From an uncultured Bifidobacterium sp. (GTDB taxonomy: Bacteria > Verrucomicrobiota > Verrucomicrobiia > Limisphaerales > JADLHS01), in contig CAYHFK010000001.1 in assembly GCA_964355895.1 (NCBI GenBank), forward strand, positions 1,588-56,100: 54,513 nt of DNA. The letters run 5' to 3'. This document shows, in pieces, positions 8,889 through 17,213 of this stretch. Both the position numbers and the translations under genes were made by a program. The notes beneath the pieces were generated by a model. It ran no database searches, was not told the DNA's origin, and was given only the letters and a program-made list of their open reading frames with translations. Position 1 is the stretch's first letter, and the number at the start of each line of letters is the position of its first letter.

Positions 8889-9814
8889 GATGACGCCTCC
8901 GTATCCGACAAGATGAACGTCTTCTCTCCGCGCTCGCCCAGATAGCTGATGAAAGCGTCTTCGAGACCCAGCGGTACCATCTCCAACGCCACGGGCGAGA
9001 GCGTGCGCAGTACCTTTTCCGTTTCCTCGTTGTAATGCACACAGGTGACGCGCAACTCGTGCTCGGTGCGAAATGCCTGGAGAAAGCCGGGAATGGCCGG
9101 CAGCGGCGGCGGCGCGCCCGCAAAGCGCAGTTGCACCTCTTGGACACTGGTGCGGAACGACTCCAACGGACAACACACGCGCAGCACGCTGTAATCGAGC
9201 ACCGCGAGGTAATCCGCAACTCGCTCCACATCGCTTAAGTGATGCGAAGAAAAGAAGATCGTCCGGTCGGAACGCCGGGTGAGATAAATCATGGATTCTA
9301 CCAGTGAACGCCGCGCGACTGGATCCAACCCCAGGGCCGGATCATCCAGAATCAACAGTTCAGGATCAGGCGCCAGCGTCAAGGCGAGGCACAGTCCGGC
9401 TCTCATGCCGCGTGAAAGATGTTTCACGCGCGCTTCCGGCTTGAGGCCGAAGTGTCCAATCACTCCTCGGAAGATTTTTTCGTTCCACCGCGGATAAAAC
9501 GCCGATTGAAAGTCGCCCGCTTCGCGAACGCTCATCCAACTGTAAAGCTGGTGCTCCTCGGTGAGATAACCGATGCGCGCCCGCAGTTCGGGTGTCAGTT
9601 GTCGGCTATCGCATCCCAGCACGCTGGCTTCGCCCCGGTCCGGCCGCAACAGCCCAAGCAACATTCGTATCGTGGTGCTTTTCCCGGAACCGTTCCGGCC
9701 CAGAAAGGCGAAAACACATCCGCGCGGCACCTCCAGACTCAGGTCATGCACCGCGCACTTCGAGCCGAAATATCGCGTCAAGCCGCGCGTTCGAATCACT
9801 GGTTGTTCACTCAT
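8885..9814 (-). CDS. ABC transporter ATP-binding protein
   Basis: Walker A GRNGSGKST, signature LSRGMRAGL, Walker B LLILDDP. Start ATG 9814 overlaps the GntR stop (ATGA); alternative ATG at 9841. Confidence 0.92.
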   Translation of the reverse strand: MSEQPVIRTRGLTRYFGSKCAVHDLSLEVPRGCVFAFLGRNGSGKSTTIRMLLGLLRPDRGEASVLGCDSRQLTPELRARIGYLTEEHQLYSWMSVREAGDFQSAFYPRWNEKIFRGVIGHFGLKPEARVKHLSRGMRAGLCLALTLAPDPELLILDDPALGLDPVARRSLVESMIYLTRRSDRTIFFSSHHLSDVERVADYLAVLDYSVLRVCCPLESFRTSVQEVQLRFAGAPPPLPAIPGFLQAFRTEHELRVTCVHYNEETEKVLRTLSPVALEMVPLGLEDAFISYLGERGEKTFILSDTEASS

Positions 9815-10215
9815 TGCTTGCCGCCTTTTTCGTTTTTCCATTGACTGAGTTTTTTCTCGAAAGCGTTTTTCAATTCATCGGGCGAGAAGTTCATCGCCAG
9901 CCCTTCGCTAATGAGCGTGTTCATGAGCGGCTCCAGCCGGCGACGGCCCTCTTCGCGGGCCATTACTTTGCGCTTCAGAATGATGAAAACCCCTCGGCCC
10001 GGCCGTGTTTCAATCAAACCCTCGCGCGCCAGATCGGCGTAGGCCCGGGCAACCGTGTTCGGGTTCACGACCAGGCTCTCCGCTAAGGCGCGCACGCTCG
10101 GCAATTGATCTGTCACCGCCAGCTTGCCGGTCGCCGCCGCCAGTCGCACTTGCTCGGTGATCTGTTTGTAGATCGGAACGCTGGAACCGGTGTTGATGAT
10201 TATGTTTAAGTCCAC
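9811..10215 (-). CDS. GntR-family transcriptional regulator, short YtrA-like subfamily
   Basis: 134 aa, GTG start. Winged-HTH PSVRALAESLVVNPNTVARAYADLAREGLIETRPGRGVF with a short C-terminal tail. First gene of a GntR-ATPase-permease operon. Confidence 0.9.
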   Translation of the reverse strand: MDLNIIINTGSSVPIYKQITEQVRLAAATGKLAVTDQLPSVRALAESLVVNPNTVARAYADLAREGLIETRPGRGVFIILKRKVMAREEGRRRLEPLMNTLISEGLAMNFSPDELKNAFEKKLSQWKNEKGGKQ

Positions 10216-10256
10216 AACTTACTGTATGAACACATATAGTACAGTGAAAAGTCCAC
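10208..10256. promoter_or_regulatory. candidate YtrA-type operator: ACTGTA-N13-TACAGT flanked by AAGTCCAC direct repeats
   Basis: ACTGTA 10221-10226 and TACAGT 10240-10245, immediately upstream of the GntR GTG (10215). AAGTCCAC at 10208-10215 and 10249-10256. Confidence 0.5.
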
Positions 10257-10359
10257 GTCAAGCTTTTTGTCGTCTTTCGTTGTAAAGTGTTCAGGGCGGT
10301 TGGCAAGGACCCCGTGCAATTAATGTAGTTGATGGGGTGAAGCACGATTTGAATGGGTC

Positions 10360-10655
10360 TTGGTATTGTTCACTCAGACGTTGTCAGTTTAGTTTTCCCT
10401 TGCGCCGGCGATACAGCCGGCTGTTCACATGCCTTGCCTGGCAGGCCGTTGGAGCCTTGAGTTTGAAACTCCCCCGGTTCTCATCCAAGCGAGTTTGCGC
10501 CTACGCCAGGCTGGGAAGGGCCAAAGCCTCACCTCTTCCCGCGTTCAAAATTCAATGGCCACATGGGGGCGATGGTTGGCCTGTCGGGTTCAAATCTTCC
10601 CGCCGCGTCCACCATGTTGGTCCGGCTGAATCGAACCGAGTGATCGAAACGAACA
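10360..10655 (+). repeat. Copy B: full-length mosaic intergenic repeat (5' module shared with 12190-12350, 3' module shared with 5886-6000)
   Basis: 10360-10530 aligns with 12190-12350 at roughly two-thirds identity; 10541-10655 aligns with 5886-6000 at about 91%. ACCA at 10611-10614. Confidence 0.8.
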
Positions 10656-10805
10656 CCCCTTTCCTGTCCAAAAGCCGCAACCGGCTGGATTGAAGGACTG
10701 AATGGTTTGGAACAATTTTGGAAACAATTTCGTTGTGACGGCTGCGGATCCGGCGTAGCATCGCAATAATGAACCCGAGCAAACTATCCCGGGTGGAATG
10801 GTGAC

Positions 10806-11276
10806 ATGAACCGCAAAGAGTATTTTCTTGTCGGCTTGGTCGCGGTGTTGGGCGGGTTGTATGCTCTTTATTTTACCGATTGGTTCGGGCACAAAGTCAT
10901 TCGCATCGAACACACGGTCCGGACGGTGCAGGGGGGGTGGGCGACGGTAGATCGGCGGTCGAACCCTATGGTCAAAACGGGCAACAACGTTACGTTTTCA
11001 CTGCACAAGGATTACCGGCTCACCCTGGTCAAAGTCATGGTTGCCGCCGACGCCCGGACAAACAAATACCCGCATCTGCTTTGGCACCTGGTCTCCAAGT
11101 CAGGCTCGCAACCGGCCAACTCGCTGGCCTATGCCGAGCCGGTGAATGGCATGACGCCCGCCAGTCCCAATGGAGAAGCCGAGCCGCTCCAGCCGGGCAC
11201 TGAATATCGCCTAATGGTCGAGGGCGGCCGATGGAAAGGCGAACACGACTTTCAGATTCCACACCATGGGCGCTGA
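10806..11276 (+). CDS. hypothetical membrane-anchored protein
   Basis: ATG 10806, N-terminal TM YFLVGLVAVLGGLYALYF, 156 aa, protein-like composition. Directly precedes the prepilin-type gene. Confidence 0.65.
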   Translation: MNRKEYFLVGLVAVLGGLYALYFTDWFGHKVIRIEHTVRTVQGGWATVDRRSNPMVKTGNNVTFSLHKDYRLTLVKVMVAADARTNKYPHLLWHLVSKSGSQPANSLAYAEPVNGMTPASPNGEAEPLQPGTEYRLMVEGGRWKGEHDFQIPHHGR

Positions 11277-11286
11277 AACAAAGCAT

Positions 11287-12092
11287 ATGCTGTGTTCCAT
11301 GCCGGTCGAAACCGATGTCGGCGCGGTGCCGTCGTCTTCAAGATATTGGACTGTGGAAACGAAATCTGCCTTCACCTTGATTGAACTGCTGGTGGTCATA
11401 GCCATCTCGCCATCCTGGCGGCGATGTTGTTACCGAGCCTGAGCAAGGCCAAGGGCAAGGCTACCCGGGTTTCGTGCGTGAACAATCTGCGCCAGCTCGG
11501 GCTGGCCGCGACGATCTACACGGACGAGTATCGCGGCCATTATCCGCCGCGGACGAATGCCAATTTCTGGCCCAGTCAGTTTTATGAAAGCTACAAGGAT
11601 TTGAAATTGCTCCTGTGCCCAAACGACAAGCCTGACGCCCGATCCAATCAAGGCTTCGCACCCCCCGGCACGTATCCGGCGGACGGCAAGCCCCGCAGCT
11701 ACCTGCTCAATGGCTGGAATGATTTTATGTTCGCGACCTTGAGCGCCGAGGACTGGCAATTGTACATCCGCGATGTCTTCGGCGGCACGATTCAGGTCCA
11801 CCAGATTCCGCGGCCGAGCGACACTGTTTTGCTGGGCGAAAAGCTGACGCAATCCCCCCATTATCACATGGACTTGTTGGAGCCGGAACCCAGCGGTGCG
11901 GTCGGCAACGACTTGTTCCAGCTTGACCGGAGCCGCCACGGGGGCACCGGCCCCAACACCAGCTCGGGCGGATCGAACTACGCGTTCGTGGACGGAAGCG
12001 TGCGCTTTATCAAATTTGGAGCCATCCTGTTCCCGGAAAACCAGTGGGCGGTGACCCCGTCGGGTCGGACGAGCAACGCCGTGGCCCCGTGA
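11287..12092 (+). pseudogene. prepilin-type N-terminal cleavage/methylation domain protein (H-X9-DG / DUF1559-like), frameshifted
   Basis: Frame 1 encodes ..KSAFTLIELLVVIAI then goes out of frame at about 11405. Frame 3 continues ..AAMLLPSLSKAKGKATRVSCVNNLRQLGLA.. to ..HGGTGPNTSSGGSNYAFVDGSVRF. Start ambiguous (ATG 11287/11299 or GTG 11353). Confidence 0.75.
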
Positions 12093-12189
12093 AGCGTGGA
12101 CCGTGAATCGGAATACGTCTAAAGAACAAATACAGCATTGTACGATTCAGCCGACTCGGCGTCCTTGGTGTCAGAAAGGGGTCGCCCCA

Positions 12190-12350
12190 TTGGTATTGTT
12201 TACTCAGGCACGTCAGTTTAGTTTTCGCTTGCCCCACCGACACAGCCGGTTGTTCACCCCCCTGGCGAGCCGTTGAGACCTGGTGCCTGAATTTTCCCCG
12301 GTTGTCACGCGAGCAAGCTTGAACCCACGTCGGGCCGGGCAAGGCCGGCC
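12190..12350 (+). repeat. Copy C: 5' module of the mosaic intergenic repeat
   Basis: ttggtattgtttactcaggcacgtcagtttagttttcgcttgcc.. aligns with 10360-10530. Lies upstream of the 1537-aa glycosidase gene. Confidence 0.7.
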
Positions 12351-12501
12351 TCTGCCCCCGCCCGATGGTGCGATCAGGAAATGGTTGAGGAGCAGCGTTG
12401 CATCCCAGGCTTTGAGTGTCGCAATTTGGCGCTTGGGATTAGGCGGCGTTCGTTCTAGTTATAGCCCATGTCTCAAAGGTGAGTCACAATCCTGAACTCC
12501 C

Positions 12502-15500
12502 ATGAAGCGTCATGCCCCCGGCTACCTGGCGGTCTTCCTGATCGCCGCCACAGCGATGTTGTCGTGTCTCCCGCCCGCTCCTGCCGCAACCAACGACCGC
12601 ATCAAGTCATTCTGCATCGACTTCAACTGGGGGGCCGGCGGCCCGAATGGATTTCCAGCGCCGGGTGCTTTTGCCCAGGCCGACCCGACGGTCCATTATC
12701 AGTTTTACAAGGATCTGGGGGTGAACGTGATTCAGACCTTTTGTGTGAGTTGCAATGGCTACGCGTGGTATCAGGGGAGTGCCGTGGCGCCCGTGCAGCC
12801 GGGTTTGAAACACGACTTTCTGAAGCAGATCACCCGGCTGGCGCATAAGGATGGGATAAAGGTGATGGGATATTTCTGCGTCGGCGCGAACACCTGCTGG
12901 GGACAAAAGCATCCCGACCAGAGCTATGGCATCCCCAGCAGCATTCACATTCCCTTCACCCGCGACTACCTCGATTACCTGGAAGGCTGCATCAAGGATG
13001 CGCTGACCAAAACCGGGATTGACGGTTTCATGATCGATTGGGCCTTCAGTCCGCCGCTGCTGATGGACGAGAAGCATGTCCGGTGGCTGCCCTGCGAGCA
13101 GACGATGTACGCGGAGTTGTTCGATCGACCCTTTCCGGGAAAGGACAAGGTCGATGCCCGGGAGACGCTGGAGTTCCAACGTCGCGCGCTGGAGCGTTGT
13201 TGGCGTCGGATTCAGCAGGCGGCCAAATCCACCAAGCCCGACTGCATTATCTGGCTGAGTTGCTTCGACCTGGCCCACCCGCAGGTCGTCGGCACGGCGA
13301 TGCTGCGCGAAGTGGATTGGGTGATGAACGAGACGCCCACCCCGGAGAAACTCGACGCCACCCGGCAGATGGTTGGCCCGCACGCCAAGCTGATCCAATG
13401 TGTTTCCGGGGGCAGCGCCGAATACGATGCGTCCAAGGTGATCGACAACCCCAAGTACCAGGAGGTGGGCCTTTACGGCTTCGCTCCGTGGCCGGACCCG
13501 AAGACTACTATGCCTCCAGATCCGCCTCAGGACGCCACCCAGAAAAATATCCGGGCCAACATCGAGAAATTGCGGCGGGTCTTTCGCCCGTCGGCAGCTG
13601 CCGCCGCGCCAGAAGTTAAGCTGGCACGACCGACTCCCCAGCAATATGCCTGGCACGAACAGGAGCGAGTCATGTTTGCCTGCCTGGATCCCGCAACGTG
13701 GCAGGGGCGCGAGTATGACAATCATTCCACTCCGCTTTCCGCGATCAACCCCACCCAACTCGACACCGACCAATGGTGTCGCGCGGCAAAACTTTGGGGC
13801 GCGCAGGAAATCCTGTTTGTCGCCAAGCACACCGGCGGTTTCTGTTGGTGGCAGACGGAGACGACGAAGTACGGGATCAAGGACACTGCGTGGAAAGGGG
13901 GAAAAGGTGACGTCTTGGCGGAGTTGGCGGACGCGTGTCGCCGAAATGGATTAACCCTCGGCATCTATGTTTATCCGGGCGATGACACCTGGGGCGTGCC
14001 GATGGGCAGCGGGGGGCGCACGAAGGATCCTTCGTATCAGGAGGCTTACAACCGGGTCTTCCGCCAACAGTTAACCGAGGTGCTCACGCGTTACGGGAAG
14101 ATCACGGAGGTGTGGTTCGATGGCAGTTGCGTGATCGATGTCAGCGACATTCTCAAGCAGCACGCCGCCGATGCCGTGATTTTCCAGGGGCCGAGTGCGA
14201 CCATCCGCTGGCCGGGCACCGAGAGCGGAAAACTGCCCTACCCGGCGTGGAATACACTCACGAGCAAGGATCTCAAGACCGGTGTCGCCACGGCGGCGCA
14301 GGGCAATCCCGATGGCGACGCCTGGGCACCATTGGAGGCGGACACCACGCTCTACGACCACAACTGGTTCTGGGCGGCGGAGAACGAGAAGAAGCGCAAG
14401 AGCCTCAATGAACTGATGGACATCTACTACAAGTCCGCCGGCCACGGTGGCGTGTTGTTGCTCAACTCGACACCGAATACGAACGGGTTGATCCCCGACG
14501 GCGACCTGAAGCTCTATGAAGCGTTCGGCAAAGAGATTGAACGCCGTTTCAGCCAACCCGTGGCCGAGGTTAAAGACCAGCGTGGCGCCAGCGTCGAGCT
14601 GGGGTTGCCTCAACCCACAACCATCAACCACGCCGTCATCATGGAGGACTACCGTGAAGGCGAGCGCATCCGCGAGTACATCGTGGAAGGATTGAGCGAC
14701 GGGCAATGGAAGGAACTAAGCCAGGGCACATCCGTGGGTCGCAAGAAGATTGATCGCTTCCGCCCGGTGGAAGTCAGCCGGGTGCGGTTGCGCATCACCC
14801 GATTCGCCGCCGAGCCAATCATTCGCAGCCTCGCGGTGTTCCAGGTCGAAGGTCTGTCCGCGGGCTCGCTCACCACCAGCCGCCCCACCGCGGCGTCCGC
14901 GTTTCATAGCGCACCGTATGTCGCCGCGATGGCCACCGACGATGATCCGCAAACCCGCTGGGGTTGTCCTGACGGCACGACCACTTGCTGGCTCGAGGTG
15001 GATCTGGGCACGCCCATAGCGTTCGGCCGGGTCAGCATCAGCGAACTGGCCGATCGCATTCGCAAGTTCACTTTGGAATATCGCGACAGCACGAATGCTC
15101 CATGGCAGAGCGCATCGGCCGGCACTCGTGTCGGCGCGGCCTTCCAGCAGGACTTCCCCACGGTCACCGGACGATACGTGCGGCTGAACATTGCCGAAGC
15201 CAGCGGTCCCCCGACGATTTGGGAATTCAATCTTCATCCCGGCACCCCCGATTGGCAGCGTTGCGGAAGCTGGAAAGCGGAAAGCCTTCGCGACGGCAAG
15301 GCGACGCTGACGTTGGACCTCAGCCCGTTCATTCTCAAGCCCGGCCAATATGAAGTGAAGTTCGAGCAGACCAACGGTCAAAATCCGCTTCGCATCTTCA
15401 ACGCCACGCTGCTCTACGAAGGCGAGCAGGCGACTCCCGGTTTGCTTACGCGGTTGGAGGCCGCGCATTCGTTCAATGTCAACCGGACCGCGCAGGTGAC

Positions 15501-17115
15501 GAAGGAAACCAGTTCCGCATTGAAAGTGGAAATCTCAGCCGACGGCGGGAGTGATTGCGCGGGTACGGTCTGGATTCGCCCGCAAGTGAGCGGTGCCCGG
15601 GCTGGCGCCGCGGTACTGAAGCCGGAGACCTTTCGCCACTATGTTGATGCATTCAATCGCAACGATCGCGAGACCGTGGTCAACCACATCCCCAATGCAT
15701 CGGCGTGGGACTGGCTGGGGAAGAACGTGCCGCTGTTTGAGTGTCCCGACCAGGACCTCGAGGAAATTTACTACTTCCGCTGGTGGACGTATCGGAAGCA
15801 CATCAAGCAGACGCCCGACGGTTTCATCGTCACGGAATTCCTGCCGCCCGTGCCGTGGAGCGGCAAGCACAATTCGATCAATTGCCCGGCGGGCCATCAC
15901 TTCTACGAAGGCCGCTGGCTCCACGATCCGCGCTACCTCGATGACTACGCCGTCTTCTGGTTTCGCAAAGGCGGCGAGCCGCGCAAGTACAGCTTCTGGG
16001 CCGCCGATGCCATGGAGGCGCGCTTCATGGTTCAGGGTGACGACCGCCTGCCGAAAGAGCTGTTGCCGGATTTGATCGCGAACTATGAAGCTTGGGAAAA
16101 GGACCATCTCGATGCCTGCGGGCTGTTCTGGCAGAACGACGGCAACGACGGCATGGAGGTGGCGATCGGTGGCAGCGGCTGCCGCGCGACAATCAACAGC
16201 TACCAGTTTGGCGACGCCATGGCGATCTCCCGCATGGCTGAACGCGCCGGTCAGGCTGACCTCGCCCGGACCTGGCGGGAAAAAGCGGTCGCCCTGAAGC
16301 AGCGCATGCAGGAAAAGCTGTGGGACCGAGAGGCGCAATTCTTCAAGGTCCTGCCGCGCGGGAGCACCAATCTTGCAAACGTGCGCGAACTCCACGGTTA
16401 CACTCCGTGGTACTTCAATCTTCCCGATCCGGACCAATCGTCCGCGTGGAAACAACTCATCGATCCCCAAGGTTTCTTTGCGCCGTTCGGGCCCACCACT
16501 GCTGAGCAACGGCACCCGGGATTCAAGGTGGCTTACGAAGGCCACGAATGTCAGTGGAACGGTCCGAGTTGGCCGCTGGCCACCGCGGTCACACTGACAG
16601 CCCTGGCGAACCTCCTGAACAATTACTCCCAGAATTTCGTTGGCAAAGAGGACTATTGGAAAACCTTCCAGTGCTACGTGCGCAGCCACCGCTTCCGGCA
16701 GCTTCCACCGGACCTTATGGAGCGGATCGAAACCCGCCAGCCGTGGATCGATGAGAACCTCAATCCTTACACCGGCGACTGGATTGCCCGGACGCTTCTG
16801 AAGCAGCGTCGCCAGCCCCCGGACGAGCGCGGCAAAGATTACAATCATTCCACCTTCTGTGACCTCGTCATCTCCGGGGTGGTGGGATTGCGCCCGCGCG
16901 CGGATGACACCATCGAGGTCAACCCGCTGCTGCCGCAAGGCATGTGGGACTATTTCTGCCTCGACCGGGTGCTCTACCATGGCCGGACTTTGACGATTGT
17001 CTGGGATAAGACCGGGCAGCGTTACGGCCGGGGCGAAGGCCTTCGCGTTTTCGCCAACGGCAAAGAAATCGCGACGGCTAAAAAGCTGGAGCGCGTCATG
17101 GGGACCTTGCCGTAG
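12502..17115 (+). CDS. 1537-aa secreted multidomain glycosidase: N-terminal TIM-barrel-like domain + GH29 fucosidase + discoidin (F5/8 type C) + beta-sandwich + C-terminal (alpha/alpha)6 six-hairpin glycosidase domain
   Basis: Signal peptide. GH29 block RPTPQQYAWHEQ..LDTDQWCRAAKLWGAQEILFVAKHTGGFCWW..GDVLAELADACRRNGLTLGIYVYP. Discoidin-like DDDPQTRWG..WLEVDLG..RYVRLNI. C-terminal FGPTTAEQRHPGF..ECQWNGPSWPLATAV resembles GH63/GH37-clan barrels. Confidence 0.85.
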   Translation: MKRHAPGYLAVFLIAATAMLSCLPPAPAATNDRIKSFCIDFNWGAGGPNGFPAPGAFAQADPTVHYQFYKDLGVNVIQTFCVSCNGYAWYQGSAVAPVQPGLKHDFLKQITRLAHKDGIKVMGYFCVGANTCWGQKHPDQSYGIPSSIHIPFTRDYLDYLEGCIKDALTKTGIDGFMIDWAFSPPLLMDEKHVRWLPCEQTMYAELFDRPFPGKDKVDARETLEFQRRALERCWRRIQQAAKSTKPDCIIWLSCFDLAHPQVVGTAMLREVDWVMNETPTPEKLDATRQMVGPHAKLIQCVSGGSAEYDASKVIDNPKYQEVGLYGFAPWPDPKTTMPPDPPQDATQKNIRANIEKLRRVFRPSAAAAAPEVKLARPTPQQYAWHEQERVMFACLDPATWQGREYDNHSTPLSAINPTQLDTDQWCRAAKLWGAQEILFVAKHTGGFCWWQTETTKYGIKDTAWKGGKGDVLAELADACRRNGLTLGIYVYPGDDTWGVPMGSGGRTKDPSYQEAYNRVFRQQLTEVLTRYGKITEVWFDGSCVIDVSDILKQHAADAVIFQGPSATIRWPGTESGKLPYPAWNTLTSKDLKTGVATAAQGNPDGDAWAPLEADTTLYDHNWFWAAENEKKRKSLNELMDIYYKSAGHGGVLLLNSTPNTNGLIPDGDLKLYEAFGKEIERRFSQPVAEVKDQRGASVELGLPQPTTINHAVIMEDYREGERIREYIVEGLSDGQWKELSQGTSVGRKKIDRFRPVEVSRVRLRITRFAAEPIIRSLAVFQVEGLSAGSLTTSRPTAASAFHSAPYVAAMATDDDPQTRWGCPDGTTTCWLEVDLGTPIAFGRVSISELADRIRKFTLEYRDSTNAPWQSASAGTRVGAAFQQDFPTVTGRYVRLNIAEASGPPTIWEFNLHPGTPDWQRCGSWKAESLRDGKATLTLDLSPFILKPGQYEVKFEQTNGQNPLRIFNATLLYEGEQATPGLLTRLEAAHSFNVNRTAQVTKETSSALKVEISADGGSDCAGTVWIRPQVSGARAGAAVLKPETFRHYVDAFNRNDRETVVNHIPNASAWDWLGKNVPLFECPDQDLEEIYYFRWWTYRKHIKQTPDGFIVTEFLPPVPWSGKHNSINCPAGHHFYEGRWLHDPRYLDDYAVFWFRKGGEPRKYSFWAADAMEARFMVQGDDRLPKELLPDLIANYEAWEKDHLDACGLFWQNDGNDGMEVAIGGSGCRATINSYQFGDAMAISRMAERAGQADLARTWREKAVALKQRMQEKLWDREAQFFKVLPRGSTNLANVRELHGYTPWYFNLPDPDQSSAWKQLIDPQGFFAPFGPTTAEQRHPGFKVAYEGHECQWNGPSWPLATAVTLTALANLLNNYSQNFVGKEDYWKTFQCYVRSHRFRQLPPDLMERIETRQPWIDENLNPYTGDWIARTLLKQRRQPPDERGKDYNHSTFCDLVISGVVGLRPRADDTIEVNPLLPQGMWDYFCLDRVLYHGRTLTIVWDKTGQRYGRGEGLRVFANGKEIATAKKLERVMGTLP

Positions 17116-17213
17116 CCCACACCTCTGAAACCCGGCGGGAATTCCCAACGAAGTCAACCACGCTAAAAATGAGTTGCTGGAGCTAAGTAAGTCCCCTCAG
17201 ATATTTGCTACAA

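Noticed and set aside
10541-10614. tRNA gene (and the same at 5886-5959), suggested by gggttcaaat..cgccgcgtccACCA
   Set aside because: The T-stem does not close (tcggg/cttcc). No 5' acceptor strand complementary to cgcgtcc lies 65-90 nt upstream, and there is no D-arm or anticodon arm. The similarity between copies continues 40 nt past the CCA, so the unit is a repeat, not an RNA gene end.
10335-10614. tmRNA (ssrA): ggggtgaagcacgatttgaatggg resembles the tmRNA 5' end, and the 3' part resembles the tmRNA T-arm/acceptor
   Set aside because: The putative 5' strand GGGGUGA pairs with only 3 nt of the 3' strand. There is no plausible tag reading frame ending in hydrophobic residues plus a stop. 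Indels between copies B and C break any frame. The 5' and 3' halves also occur separately at other loci.
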